Positions 51,715-64,000 of a stretch of DNA of 64,000 nucleotides are shown in pieces. Source of the stretch: Eledone cirrhosa (taxonomy: Eukaryota); the NCBI GenBank assembly GCA_964016885.1, contig OZ024742.1:321284001-321348000 (forward strand), given 5' to 3'. A model generated the notes under the pieces. It was given only the letters and a program-made list of their open reading frames with translations. It had not been told where the DNA came from and did not search any database. Within the stretch, counting starts at the first letter, position 1. The number at the start of each line of letters is the position of its first letter. Position numbers and translations under genes: made by a program.

Positions 51715-54700
51715 TATATTTCTTTATTAGCCACAAGGGCGCACAAGAAAAGGGGACAATACAAAGACATGCCGGGGATTTTACATACTGTCGTGTAAAA
51801 AATATAAAAACAAACAATTACAACAATCGAAATCCCCAATAGGAGGGAGGCGCCACAAATGGGTTGTTTAATACCCCGTCGATAGAACAACCCTCAACTC
51901 CAGGAGCGTGTTGTGCAAGTGCTCCTTTCTTCCTTTTGCTCATTTCCTCAACCTACAGGCTTATAAACAGAGAAGGCCCAATCACTCGGGCCATTTTCGC
52001 TTCATTCACCCACCTTTCAGTAAATTTACAGTGCCTCTGTCTCCACCCAGATTCTCCTTCTAAAGTGATAATTAAAGAAGGGAATCAATTGTTGCCCGGA
52101 GAGAAAGGCATCTGTCCTCAGTCCTCTCAACCTCGTCCACCATATAACCTCTTTCACCATAGCCACTGTACAGAGGAAAACCGCCTCTCTTTCGTTTTTG
52201 AAAGAGGCTGGCGGTTTGATCCTTACAATGGACTCGGCAGTCAACTGTATTTGTCCCATACGCGACAGCAATTGTTCTGCATAGTTCCACAGGTCGGTTA
52301 CGCCCGGGCAGTGTACAATTGCGTGCAGGACTGTTTCAATGTCCTGCGCGCATCTTGTACACGTCCTCTTGGAAGGATCCCTGCCGACGCGTCCGTGTCT
52401 GTAGATTTTGTCACGAACCGGTAGAGCTCCTCGGTAGCACTGCCAGGCCAGGGACCTCTGGATGTTGTCCATAGGTCCCGGGCGGAAAGTCCTACCAAAC
52501 AGACTGGTGAGCTCATCGTCTTCGACGCCAAGAGTCTCTCCGAGCACGTTGTCGCCCTTGTAACGTACATTCCCTCTATAGAATATCGAAGTGTAGTCTC
52601 CACTGATTGCTGCGCCCGCTTGCCAGAGGACTGTGAGCGCCTGAGCGCATTCAATGTGCCAGGCGCCCATCGTTTTCGGTCTTTTCTTGACCCAGGACTG
52701 CAGCTCCGTCAGCGAGACGAGCTGTGAAAAAGCCTCTCTCACAAACGGTGCCCACACCGGTTGGGGGTCGGTGAGGAATACCTGGAGATGCCGCAGCCTC
52801 AGCGCATGTTTGCGCATCATCAGCCACGGCATTCCCAGCCCTCCGTTGGAAGGGTGCTGACAGCAGACGGATATCCTCACCAGCGGAGCCTGCTTCTTCC
52901 ATATAAACTGGAAGAGCATGCGTTCCATCTTGACGAGGTGTTCACGGGGACAAGGCACGACAGTCAAGCGGTAGTAGATGACGGACGCTATGAAAGTGTT
53001 CGCCACCTCCACTCGACCTTTCAAGGACAGTTTGCACTCTGCCCACTTCTGGGTGAGTGCAAACACCTTGGCCGTGACATCGTTCCAGTTTTTCTCCACC
53101 TGGAGCTCTGGATCGAACCAAACCCCGAGCAATTTCACCGGTCCGTCCGTCTAGCGTCCAACGACGCTGTCGTACGTCATCGGTTTGCCTCTCCACGTAC
53201 CGAGTTGCAAACCGACAGACTTGTCAGGGTTTAGTTTTGCTCCCGTCAGCGTTTGGTATTCTTTCAGTAAGTTGCCGTCACCCCGATTTCCGAGGTGCTC
53301 GACACCATTACCGTAACGTCGTCGCCATAAGCCGTCGCCGCTTTGCGCAGTCCCGGTTCTAGTGGGATGCTCTGCAACAGCTCCAATTTCCGCAGTAGTG
53401 GCTCTAGAGTCAATACATACAGAATGGAGGAGAGAGGGTACCTCTGTCGAATGGAACGCGTGATTGCGAACGGCTCCGATAAGTAGCCGTTCACCTTGAC
53501 CCTCGAGCAGATGCTGGTGTGCATCGCCTCGATCCAGCCTCTGAAAACGGGACCGAAATCGGCCGCCTTGAGAACCGCTTCCAAGTATCGATGGTCGACC
53601 CTATCGAATGCCTTAGACTGATCTAAATTGATCAGAGTCCCACCAAAGCCGGGTTTACTACCCACCCTCTCTATGATGTATCGCATGAGGTGGAGGTTGT
53701 CGTGTATGGACCTGGTCGGGATTGCACACGTTTGCGCTTTCTCTACCAGGTTCTCGACGACAAGCGCCAACTTCGTCGCTAGCACCTTGGCCAAAATCTT
53801 TAACTCTGTGTTGAGCAGAGTTATGGGCCTGAAGTTGTTAATTTCGTCCCCCTTGTTCTCGTCTTTCCTGAGCACCGTTACTACGCCCTTGCCTGCAGAA
53901 CCGGGAATTCTCCCGTACTGCTGCCAATTGCTGTAGATGGCTTCGAGGACGCCAGAGAACAAGTCCGGCATGCCTGTGTAAAACTCGTAGGGTAGACCAT
54001 CTAGACCGGGTGACTTGCGTTTCCCGCAGCGGCCCAGAGCGTCTCGTATCTCAGTGTCCGTGATCGGTCTTTCGCAGAACTCGGCGTCCGTCGAGAGACG
54101 CGGCAGGCCGTCGAGGTATGAACTAAAAGTCCATTGCCCCGTTCGGCTCACCGTCGTTCTGCTCAAACAGTCGCGCAAAGTGCTGCTGAAAGGCCGCGCA
54201 CATTTGCTTGGGGTCAAGTAGCACGCGTCCGTTTTGGCCTTTCAAAGACCGATTCGTGGACTTGTGGGCCACTTTTCGCCTCCGCCACTCGAGCTCAGCT
54301 GACAGCTTTCGCTCCTTCGTGTCTTGCTTCTGACCACGCAGCCTTCGTGTTTTGCATCGAAGAACTGGTCCAGTGCCGTTCTCGACGCTAACACTCTAGC
54401 CGCGTTGCCACTTCTAAGTGCCTCCACTACCTTGGCTACTAGTTCTCTTTCTATTCTGTTTTTCTCTAAGGCTAACTCTCTGCTAAACCCTATCGATTCT
54501 ATTCTAATTGCTTTCTTGAGAGAGTACGACCATTTATTGTTGACGATGGCTCCCGTTAATTGTTGCTTGACTAGTCTACTTATCCGTTCACTGTAAGCTT
54601 TACGTGCCGGCAACGGCACGTTCAGCTTCCTTGTCTATGTATTCTATCACGGTTGACTAAGCAGACGACTAATTTGTGATCTGAATAGGCTACCATGTGC

Positions 54701-57072
54701 ATTCGTGGACAGCTTAACATCTCCTTGTCCCTTTCTCTAATGAAGAACCTATCTAAATACGATCTAGATATCCCGCTGCGGTTTGCCCACGTCCACTGTG
54801 GAGCAGTCGGGAAATCCAGTCGATACCTATCGACCAGTTGCAATTGGCCGATTAAAGATTTGAGGCTGTTGCACCCCTCTACTGGGACATGCTCCCACAT
54901 AGTACCATCATGCATCTAGGATACCATTCCAGTCCCCAACTAAAGGTAAGGAGCGAGACGTTCCCAGAAAAACTCTAGACGCTTAAAGAAGAGTGGCCGT
55001 GATTGCGATTGCCCGGTCGGGGCTTAAACGGCCACCAGTCTGAAGGCTCCACCTCCAATACGTCTAGGACTACCAGTCTACCCTCCGGGTCCAAGTTTAC
55101 TTGCTGTACTTCGACATCCAGGTTCTTCCGAAACATGACAGCCACTCCACCTCCACCTCCTGGCTGACAGAGAGATGCGTAGATCTCAAAGTCGTCGAAG
55201 ATGGGGGTTAGTTGCTGCCTGTTGTGGATCCTGGACTCGGTGATGGCTATCACATCCATACCGTGTGACCTAAGGTCGTTTAAAAGTTGGCCCTGTTTCC
55301 AGGGCATCCCTAGGCCACGCACATGCACGCTTCCAACTCGTAAATTAGCCATGTTGGTGAAGAAGAGTTGGAAAAAAAGGACGAAAGGCGCACTTACCTT
55401 TTCGTTTCCTGGAGATCGGGTTGTTCAATCTCCATTTGGGTGCTGGATGTGGTGTTGGGTGGGGTGGGGAAACATTTTAACAGGACGCGGTTGATGGGTT
55501 TCTCGTAGGCGCTGCCCACGTCCTGTGAAAATTTATTTTTCAGGTCATTATAGGTTTCCATAGAAACCCTTATAAGTTTAAGGTGTGGAGACGATTCTGC
55601 CTTGACGAAAGTTTTGCCCTCCGTCTCCAACTTGGGGTTTGGGGAGATGACCTCCATCAATCTCTTGTTGTTTGTGTTGATGTATGCGTATTATTGTTTG
55701 TGTTTTTGTTGTGTTGTTTTAGGTTGTTGTTCGCCCGGGAGTTTTCTTTTTATGGTGGGTGCTTGTGTTTGGGGTGGTGTTGGTGTTGGTTTTGCTGGTA
55801 GAAGGATGTTTGACTGTGGTGTTGTTTGTGTTGTTGTTTGTGTCTGTGGTTGTGTGTTGGTGTTGGTGATTGGAGTTTTGTGGGTTTTGTGGTGTCTCTT
55901 TTGTTTTTTAGATTTCCGCGGCTCTCCCTCTTCTTCACTTAAATAAGGAGAAGCAGCTTCATCCGTCGATGAATAATCATCGTCAGGAGTGTGTGGTAGG
56001 GGTATGTTGTGTGGTGGTGGTGTTTCGGTGTGTGTGTTTGTGGTAGTGCTTGATGGAGTGGGATGGGTGGGGCTATGTTCTTCAGGGGTGTTGTCTGTGT
56101 TTTTTCTGTTGTTGTTGGTTGAGTGGCTGTTTGTTTTAATGTGGTTGCTCGTTTCGCCTGTCGTTGTATTTGTGGTGGTGGTGGTTGTTTTGGTGTTGGT
56201 GTTGGTAATAGTGTTTTTTTAATGATGTTGTTGTGGTGTGTTTGTGAAGGACAAGAGGCTTTTAGGTGTACTGTGCTACCACAGCGAAAGCAATGACATT
56301 CTCGTCCTTCTACCGTAATGTTTATTTTGTTGTTATTATCGATGACGACTCTTTCGGGTATTTTGGAGATTCTCTCCGGCCTCGTTTGCAACAGAATCTC
56401 CAAATCAGTACCCGCCCACCTTTGTCGAATAGACTTTCGTATCGAAAGAACCATATCAGTTTCTGGCTCTATGAAGCCAGCTAAGATCTACCAGATGTTA
56501 ATGTTTGGTGGTATTTTTTTTTTTTTTTTGTGTCCTTTTTCCCATGTAGGTATGGAAAAAGGTGAATGCTTTTGACACTATTGGTGTCACAGAATGTTTT
56601 GGAGCGAGTGCCTCGGAAACACTTCCGTACTGTTTTCCTCGTTGGAGAAATTCGATATTTGCTAGAATTTCTTTCGATATCTCTTTGGCTAACAAATATC
56701 GGCTTTCTCGTGGTATTGGACACAGTCCTAAAGATCACTGATCTTCGAACTGTGTTTTCTTTTATTTCAAGGGGTGAGTTAATTCTAAACCAACCCTTTT
56801 CTATCTGCCTCTTTCTCTCTCTTTTCTCTGTCGACGTTCTCCAGCGTTCCCTTCGTGTTATTCATGTTTTATAGTTGGCAAAATTTGATATTTTAAAACA
56901 ATTTTTAAATAAAATGTTCGCCTCTAAAGGGGCGAAAAATGGAATTACAACCCAGCTGACAATTCAGCTTGGGGGTTAATCTACAAAATAATATGTTTTT
57001 TCAAACAATTTGTTCTGTTTTTCGTATATAAATTTACAAAATATCTTACCGGCGATGTTCCACGCGTCAGGC
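51715..57072 (-). mobile_element. Tx1/L1-clade LINE, full length but frameshifted (ORF1 ~56870-55394, ORF2 55352-51953)
   Basis: ORF1 CFRCGSTVHLKASC; APE motifs AITES, SYLDR, YSDH; RT motifs KSPGLDGL, FRPITLLN, DQSKAFDRVDH, AYGDDV, LLGVWF; C-terminal CTRC-H-C. AATAAA at the 3' end, with (TC)n/(TATC)n flanks. Confidence 0.93.
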
Positions 57073-57113
57073 AGAGAGAGAGAGAGAGAGAGATAGATAG
57101 ATAGATATTTTTG

Positions 57114-57272
57114 TTGTGACCTAGTGATGAATCTTGTTTTACTGAGGTTTCACTTGTGTACTCCTAGGATCATGAGACAAAACAGTATGTATGAGTCTTG
57201 CTTGATGATCCTGTGAGTTAGTTCACAGGTGAAACTCCAAATTAACAAGATCCATCACATAGCTATAATAAA
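57114..57272. ncRNA. Inverted pair of decayed HHR motifs (57114-57180 minus; 57198-57270 plus)
   Basis: Minus: UUGU-CUCAUGA...GAAA-CCU..AGG-UC-ACAA. Plus: UUGAUGA-U-CCUGUGA/UCACAGG-U-GAAA. The two loop III sequences are homologous. Confidence 0.55.
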
Positions 57273-57331
57273 GAATATCTAAACTCGACTTCGGTATTGA
57301 GTACTCATTCTTACATCCGTCAACATCACAT

Positions 57332-57372
<41 letters not shown>

Positions 57373-57551
57373 AAGAAGGAGAGAGAGACAGAAAGAGAGA
57401 GAGAGAGTGTGTGTGTGCGCACGCGCCCGCGCGTCTGCTGTGCGAATATACATTTACATAAATACATACATACATATATACATATACACATATATACATA
57501 CATACACACATACATACATACATACATACATACACACACACATACATACGT

Positions 57552-57610
<59 letters not shown>

Positions 57611-57884
57611 TACATACATACATACATACATACATACATACATACATACATACACGCACACACATACATACATACATACATACATACATGCATACATACA
57701 TGCATACATACATACATACATACATACATACATACATACATACATACATACATACATACATACATACATACATACATGCCTATACACACAAAGAAGTCAA
57801 TAGTCTAACGCCCCCACAAAAGGAAAAGAAACGGGTCAGAAACATGTAAGTACTTGCAGTGTGTACGCCATGACAGTAACCAGC

Positions 57885-58485
57885 ATCACCACCATCACCA
57901 TCACCACCATCACCACCATCACCACCATCATCACCACTATCACCACCACCATTACCACTACCTTCTCCACTATCACCACCATCATCGCCACCATCACCAC
58001 CGCCTTCCTCACCATCGCCACAAACATCAACACCGCCTTCCCCACCATTATCACCATTATCCCCACCATCACCCTGATTATCACCATCATCACCACCGTC
58101 ATCACCACCACCATCACCACCGCCTTCCCCACCACAATCATCACTATCAACACACTCCAACATCATCATCACCAAAACCACCACCATCACCACTATCATT
58201 ACCATCACCACCACCTCCATCATCACCACCACTAGCACCAAAACCACCATCACCCCAGTCACCCCATCACCCCCGTCACCCCATCACTCTCACTACCACC
58301 ATCACCTTCATCATCACCATCACCACCACCTCTATCACCACCACCATTTCCATCACCACCACCTCCATCACCACCATCACCACCACTACCACCACCACCA
58401 CCACCTCTATCATCACCACCACTACCACCACCACCTCCATCACCACCATTACCAGCATCTCCATCATCACCACCACTACCACCTA
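57885..58485. repeat. (CAC/CAT)n low-complexity tract
   Basis: Directly visible. Confidence 0.93.
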
Positions 58486-58702
58486 TTAACACTATAAAAG
58501 ATATATCTAAATAATTACAGAATGATATAGTTAATAACATAATATATTGTTCGGAGTATTAGCTTCGATTTTACGTATGAAACATTTTTTTAAAGCCATG
58601 ATATCGTTAAGAGCCATTTTGATCTTTAAAAAACGGCAGCGGTAGAACTGTCTCGATGACCAGGTCACAAACAGTGCCACGAATATTTTGATACCAAGAA
58701 AT

Positions 58703-58925
58703 AAATAATGGTTTCTGAATTAGGCACAAGGCCAACAATTTTAAGGGAGGGGAAAGTCGGTTAAATCGACCCCAGCGCATTACTGGTATTTTATTTTATC
58801 GAGCCCGAAAGGATGAAAAGCAAAGCTAACCTTGGCGGGATTTGAACTCAGAACATAAAGGGCCGTAATTCTATGTTGCAAAGCATGTTGTCCAATGCTC
58901 TACCGATTCTGTCAATCCACTGCCC
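58703..58925 (-). mobile_element. Full-length SINE copy
   Basis: Reverse complement of the 3413-3630 type. Confidence 0.88.
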
Positions 58926-58994
58926 TCCCGAGAAATAAATAATATATGTAAAATGAAGTTAACAGCTTTTGTTTGATTTTTCAAGCCTAATATA

Positions 58995-59400
58995 TAACGT
59001 ATTCGTGTTTGAGATTGACATCGCCCGTTAAAATTCTAAAAAATGTGAGGCACGAATGTGACTCTTTAAACCAGCCAAATACTTGCACCCTCTGGCACAC
59101 ACATGGCAACTGAAGTCTCCTCTGGGACTTTCCATCGCTTTGTTCTGACTGTATGTTCTCATATGTCTTTTAAGACCTCCTATGCTAGCGCATTCTTTGC
59201 CACATACCTTACACCTTTTCATATCATAATTTACATGAGGTCTACTGATATGACTTTGTTAATGTTTAATCAAACCAGCTTTGCTCAGGCAGACTCGACC
59301 ATAATGCTGGCAAACCAGATGATGCTCAACAGCAGGCAATTCAGAACAGTCCCTTTTCCTCACCTTCCTTTTCAGTGTTAGGTATTCTGTTCGACGAGTT
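58995..59400 (-). mobile_element. RTE 3' fragment with C2H2 fingers
   Basis: CKVCGKECASIGGLKRHM..., CHVCARGCKYLAGLKSHIR, homologous to 40395-40700. Confidence 0.85.
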
Positions 59401-59401
59401 T

Positions 59402-59436
<35 letters not shown>

Positions 59437-59479
59437 CAAAACATTTGTGTGGCCGGTAGCTCTATATGGTAGTGAGTCA

Positions 59480-59800
59480 TGGACTTTAAAGGCATCTGAT
59501 TTCTGTCCTGGAAGAGATTAGTGCCAATCGGCAGTTGGTTGAAACAGTAACGAAAAGGGAACTTCAGTATTTTGGTCATGTCATCAGGGCCCAAATTTTG
59601 ACTACCCACATCCTTGAGGAACAACTACAGGGAAAAACGGCCAGTGGGCGGCAGAAAAGGAGATGGACAGATGATATTAAGGAATGGACAGGAAGGAGTT
59701 GGGCAGAATGAACGGCAATGGCAAGAGACAGGAAAAGATGGAGAGTGCTGGTCCATAAATCCATGACCCCTGACCCTCAGAAATAGAGGGTGGGATGAGA
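59480..59800 (+). mobile_element. 3' fragment of another RTE-type LINE
   Basis: KRELQYFGHVIR...ILEEQLQGK..GRQKRRWTDDIKEW...MARDRKRWR. Confidence 0.8.
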
Positions 59801-59854
59801 AGAAAGGATATATATATAGAGATATTATATATGTATATATATATATATATGTGC

Positions 59855-59890
<36 letters not shown>

Positions 59891-59918
59891 CCTTGGAGTG
59901 TAACGTTACTACTCCAGA

Positions 59919-60003
59919 GGTCCGACGAGCTTTTGATTCCAGAGTCGGGCCAGATTGATACAGATCGAACCTTGAGCTGATCAATAGCGAAACGCGCGTC
60001 ACC
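59919..60003 (+). ncRNA. Minimal type I HHR-like motif in a ~155-bp insert in (TA)n
   Basis: GGU-CCGACGA-GCU...AGC-GAAA-CGCGCG-UC-ACC, followed by AATAAA. Confidence 0.7.
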
Positions 60004-60042
60004 AATCAATAAACATAATGAAGGCTTAACAAATCGTCCTTG

Positions 60043-60108
<66 letters not shown>

Positions 60109-60138
60109 AAATGTATGAGATCCTTGGTACAGTTAGGA

Positions 60139-60277
60139 ATATTTGAAAAAAGGAAAAGAATGACTTCACTTGTAGTGTTAAAAAATATTTGATTTAATGT
60201 TATAATATTATAATATTATAACTTATAAATCAAATATGTTTTAACACTACAAGTGAAGTCATTCTTTTCCTTTTCTT

Positions 60278-60284
<7 letters not shown>
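60139..60284. repeat. Long inverted repeat (~58-bp arms)
   Basis: 60139-60196 is approximately the reverse complement of 60226-60284. Confidence 0.9.
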
Positions 60285-60327
<43 letters not shown>

Positions 60328-60394
60328 AGAGTATTGAAGTTTGCTTGAAATATATAAAATTAAAAAGTTTACACCTAGATAAACTAGACAGAGC

Positions 60395-60431
<37 letters not shown>

Positions 60432-60803
60432 TTTTGGCAACCATCCACGGTGTGGCTCAATGACGAATTAATTAAATAATTAACAATCAGAGCAATATAT
60501 AAAAAAGTAAGTCCATAGAATCATTAGATAAAATATATATACAGTATTTCTTCTCCCAATCTGCATAATCAAACACACAAAAAATCATTTAAACGAGGCT
60601 ATAAGTTTAAAATATACTTATGAAGAAATAATAGATAAATAAATGATAGCTTTTTATCCGCGATTCACAGCCACAGAAAATTTACCTAGTATTTCTGCTA
60701 GCCTGTAGAAATTGACTAGACATATAGTTAACCATACTTAATTAGGTACAAAATCAAAGTTAGCAGAAAAAATGTACATAAACATACCAAAATCATCAAA
60801 ATC

Positions 60804-60887
60804 TATATCTACCCCCGAAGTTTCATTCACTTTTTGGATATATCCGATCTTGGATAAATCAACGAGTTTGGAAATCATCACGAGATA
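60804..60887 (-). ncRNA. Decayed HHR in a pLTR homologous to 7551-7930
   Basis: UAUCUC-GUGAUGA-U-UUC...GAA-U-GAAA-CUUCGGGGG-UA-GAUAUA. Confidence 0.5.
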
Positions 60888-60905
60888 AACTTAGATTGGG
60901 AGGGA

Positions 60906-60947
60906 CCATCCTGACGATGGCCAGTTAAGCCTGAAATGCATAGACGG
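60906..60947 (+). ncRNA. Canonical minimal type I HHR
   Basis: CCAUC-CUGACGA-U-GGC-CAGUUAA-GCC-U-GAAA-UGCA(palindrome)-UA-GACGG. Confidence 0.75.
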
Positions 60948-61419
60948 CTGTCCCCCTTCCTTCTGCTGGACATCAACAGAGGGCGTTAGCCCCCCCCCCC
61001 CGGTGTTTGCATAGCTACGGCTTCCTAAAACCGTATTTCTTTGGAGATACAAAATATTTATACATATTGTATAAAGCTATGCTTGAAGCGAAATCCTATT
61101 TCTATATATTTATATATATATACATATATATATATATATAAAGAATTAGTATATCTACCAACATATATAAACGTATGCTGGCAAATATATAGGTATATCT
61201 GGGAACTTAGCTGAGAATAGACCTCCCTGATGACGAAAGGATTTTTCTCCATGTTGTTCCAATCGGAAACCATGTTTATTCCCTTTCAGAAACTAATTAG
61301 TTGGAGTGAAATTTTAGTAAGTAAGTTAATTTTTATAATTTTCTTATTTTACGTCTTTCATATATATATATATACTATAATGATAAAGATTCAGTGTTGC
61401 ATCATACCATATTTAATCA

Positions 61420-61509
61420 CATATTACGTTTGTTTCTCTGTCGATCAGCTCGAGACAAGATCTATTATAGATCGAACCTGACTCTGTAATCGAAAGGTCG
61501 TCAGATATG
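61420..61509 (-). ncRNA. Type I HHR, same family as 59919-60003
   Basis: CAUAU-CUGACGA...UCGAU...AUCGA...GAAA-CAAACG-UA-AUAUG; shares CAGAGTC and GAGCTGATC with 59919-60003. Confidence 0.7.
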
Positions 61510-61903
61510 TTTAGTATATATATATTTTTTCCTATTCCAACCCACCCGTCCCCTCAATCTATCTTATTTCTCATTCTTTCTTCAGATGAAGGACTAGCGT
61601 CCGAGAGGTTAATGCCCTCTTCCTGCTATATCAAGCGTTAACCTGATATATCCATTCAATATCCATATACTGTACTGATTATCCTTTCTGCATATATATA
61701 TATATATATATATATAAGAAATTGAGGGTTTTTTTAAATGAAAAAAACGAGATGTCCTACACAAGTGAAAGTATAAGGAAAAAAGATAAGATCGAAAATG
61801 CAACTGGAGTCTTTTTAAGAATATTTCTTTCTTTCCTTTACCGGTTTCTCAGTTCTTATGCTTTTCAAAAGTAGAATTGAGATGGAGGCTTTGTGGTTTT
61901 TCT

Positions 61904-61999
<96 letters not shown>

Positions 62000-62729
62000 G
62001 AGAGGGGGGGGGAGACATATACATATATACACCTCAACCACCTACTTTTCAATTTCTTCCCCTCCACCAAACACCGTAAACTAAATTCCCTCCTTCTCCC
62101 CATTCCCACCTCAGCAACAGCACCCTCTCCTCCCACCACCCATTACATGCCAACACCCCCAACTCAAACCCACTCCTCCCATCGTTCTAACCCCCCCCCC
62201 CCCCTCCAACCCACAACTTGTTGTCACTATACACCCCAACCTCACCCTTTTCGAACCTGAGGGCTTCCTGCTCAGTAGAGATCTTCGCTTCGCACCCCTC
62301 ACAACATGCAACAATGAGTTCCACACTGGCACAGTCGTCGAGAAGCTCCTGTGCCGCACGATCCTTCAGGCGCACTCACACATTGGACGCCGGCTCCCAG
62401 ACAGTTCAGCACCCTGGATACATTCGAGGACGCCTCCAAGAGTGCAATGAAGCGGTTCGACTTCCGTAGAGGCCACCAGAAGGACGAACATCTCCTGGGC
62501 GTAGACACATCTGTACACACATTCAGATACACACACTTCAACAAACAATACACACTCAACATCCATACACGAACACCCTCATCATAATATGCACCCCACC
62601 CAACTACACGTCTGTACCTCACACACCCACGCTGTATAACTCCCCCACCCATCACTACTTCCTTCCTTTTTATTTTCTTTCTAATTTAATTAAATTTCTT
62701 TTTATTTTCCTTGTATTTTTCCTGTTGTG

Positions 62730-62770
62730 CTTTTCTTGATGAAGGGCTAATGCCCGATACGTTGACTGTG
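62730..62770 (+). ncRNA. Decayed minimal HHR-like motif (a similar one lies at 61578-61616)
   Basis: UUGAUGA-A-GGGC-UAAU-GCCC-GAUA-CG-UU-GAC; at 61583 CAGAUGA-A-GGAC-UAGC-GUCC-GAGA. Confidence 0.45.
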
Positions 62771-62932
62771 TAACTCACTCTCTTTTAGGCGTGAATTCGT
62801 CAATGCATCCTCTTGTTTATTCGTTCTGTTTGTTTTTATATCTATCTAACTAACTATCTATCTATCTATCTATCTCTCTATATATATAAATATATATAGA
62901 GAGAGAGAGAGTCTACGGCCCCGTTAATTTAT

Positions 62933-63008
<76 letters not shown>

Positions 63009-63151
63009 AGATAAATCTACCAAGAGTTTACGGTAGTGTCCAATCCGTATGAAGAACTCAATGTAATCCGGATATCATGGAAAGAAGAGATGCAATCAAA
63101 AATCACTTTCGGTGAAAGATAAACGGAATACAGAGTCAAGATAAAATATTT

Positions 63152-63257
63152 AAAAAATAATGAATAAAACAATGAAACAGTTCCTTATATTAAACAAATA
63201 ATGAACTTTTTTTGTTTAATATAAGGAACTGTTTCATTGTTTTATTCATTATTTTTT
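63152..63257. repeat. Perfect inverted repeat (47-bp arms, 12-bp spacer)
   Basis: 63152-63198 is the reverse complement of 63211-63257. Confidence 0.92.
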
Positions 63258-63296
63258 TAATATTTTTAATATTTTATATATATATATTATATATAT

Positions 63297-63371
<75 letters not shown>

Positions 63372-63416
63372 TATATATATATATATATAACTAATAAGCT
63401 ATATATATATAATATA

Positions 63417-63452
<36 letters not shown>

Positions 63453-63611
63453 CTAATAAGCTCTGTAGCCTACATAGTGCACTCTTTTTTCTTGTACCTT
63501 TCCGTCGGAAATATTTCATTCACGTATATATATATATATATATTATATATATACACACATATATATATATACATAAATATATATGCATATATACATATAT
63601 AAATATAATAT

Positions 63612-63696
<85 letters not shown>

Positions 63697-64000
63697 CATA
63701 CATACATACATACATAAGTACGTATGTGTGTGTGTGTGCATACAAACACGCACACAGGTACGCACAGAGCTAAAGTCTAGCTTTAAGTCAAATTGACCCG
63801 ACATTTGAAACGTGTTTGCACAGGTGTTTTTTAAAATCCCACCGTGTGATCTAAACCAGATAGAGGAGGTAGATGGTGGGGGTGAGGTGGTGATGTTTAC
63901 ATATCCTTGTTGAGCCCGTGAGGGTTGAGATGGGGGCCGCCGGGCTAGGGTAGCAAGTACTGTGATGCTCTTCTATTTAGTAGTTAGGAAATGTCACCAA

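Noticed and set aside
59028-59222. Host C2H2 zinc-finger gene
   Set aside because: It is homologous to the RTE C-terminus at 40395-40700.
61222-61280. CTGATGA...GAAA-CCATGT HHR-like motif
   Set aside because: No stem I pairing could be found.

Overview
This is eukaryotic, AT-rich, microsatellite-saturated DNA with one 200-N gap. The tRNA-derived SINE and repeat landscape point to a coleoid cephalopod, probably Octopus (inference). No host protein-coding gene can be firmly supported, and nearly all low-complexity ORFs in the track are repeat artefacts. The window is mostly retroelements: (1) two 5'-truncated Penelope-like elements (PLEs; GIY-YIG, Hydra-type motifs) with inverted pLTRs inside (TA)n; (2) about 17 hammerhead-ribozyme (HHR)-like motifs in PLE remnants, including minimal type I forms with palindromic stem III and a compensatory U3-A8 core variant; (3) a 24-kb LINE pile-up (33-57 kb) with an intact 1130-aa R4/Dong RT-RLE ORF, a second Dong family, an RTE/BovB-type LINE ending in three C2H2 fingers, and two Tx1/L1-clade elements; (4) a repeated non-autonomous element built from RTE 5'UTR plus RTE C-terminal finger and 3' stem-loop; (5) fragments of CRE, RTE and other RLE LINEs, a hAT MITE, many SINE copies and several minisatellites. 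Each element class sits in its own microsatellite type. All calls come from reading the sequence by eye; no searches or folding programs were run.
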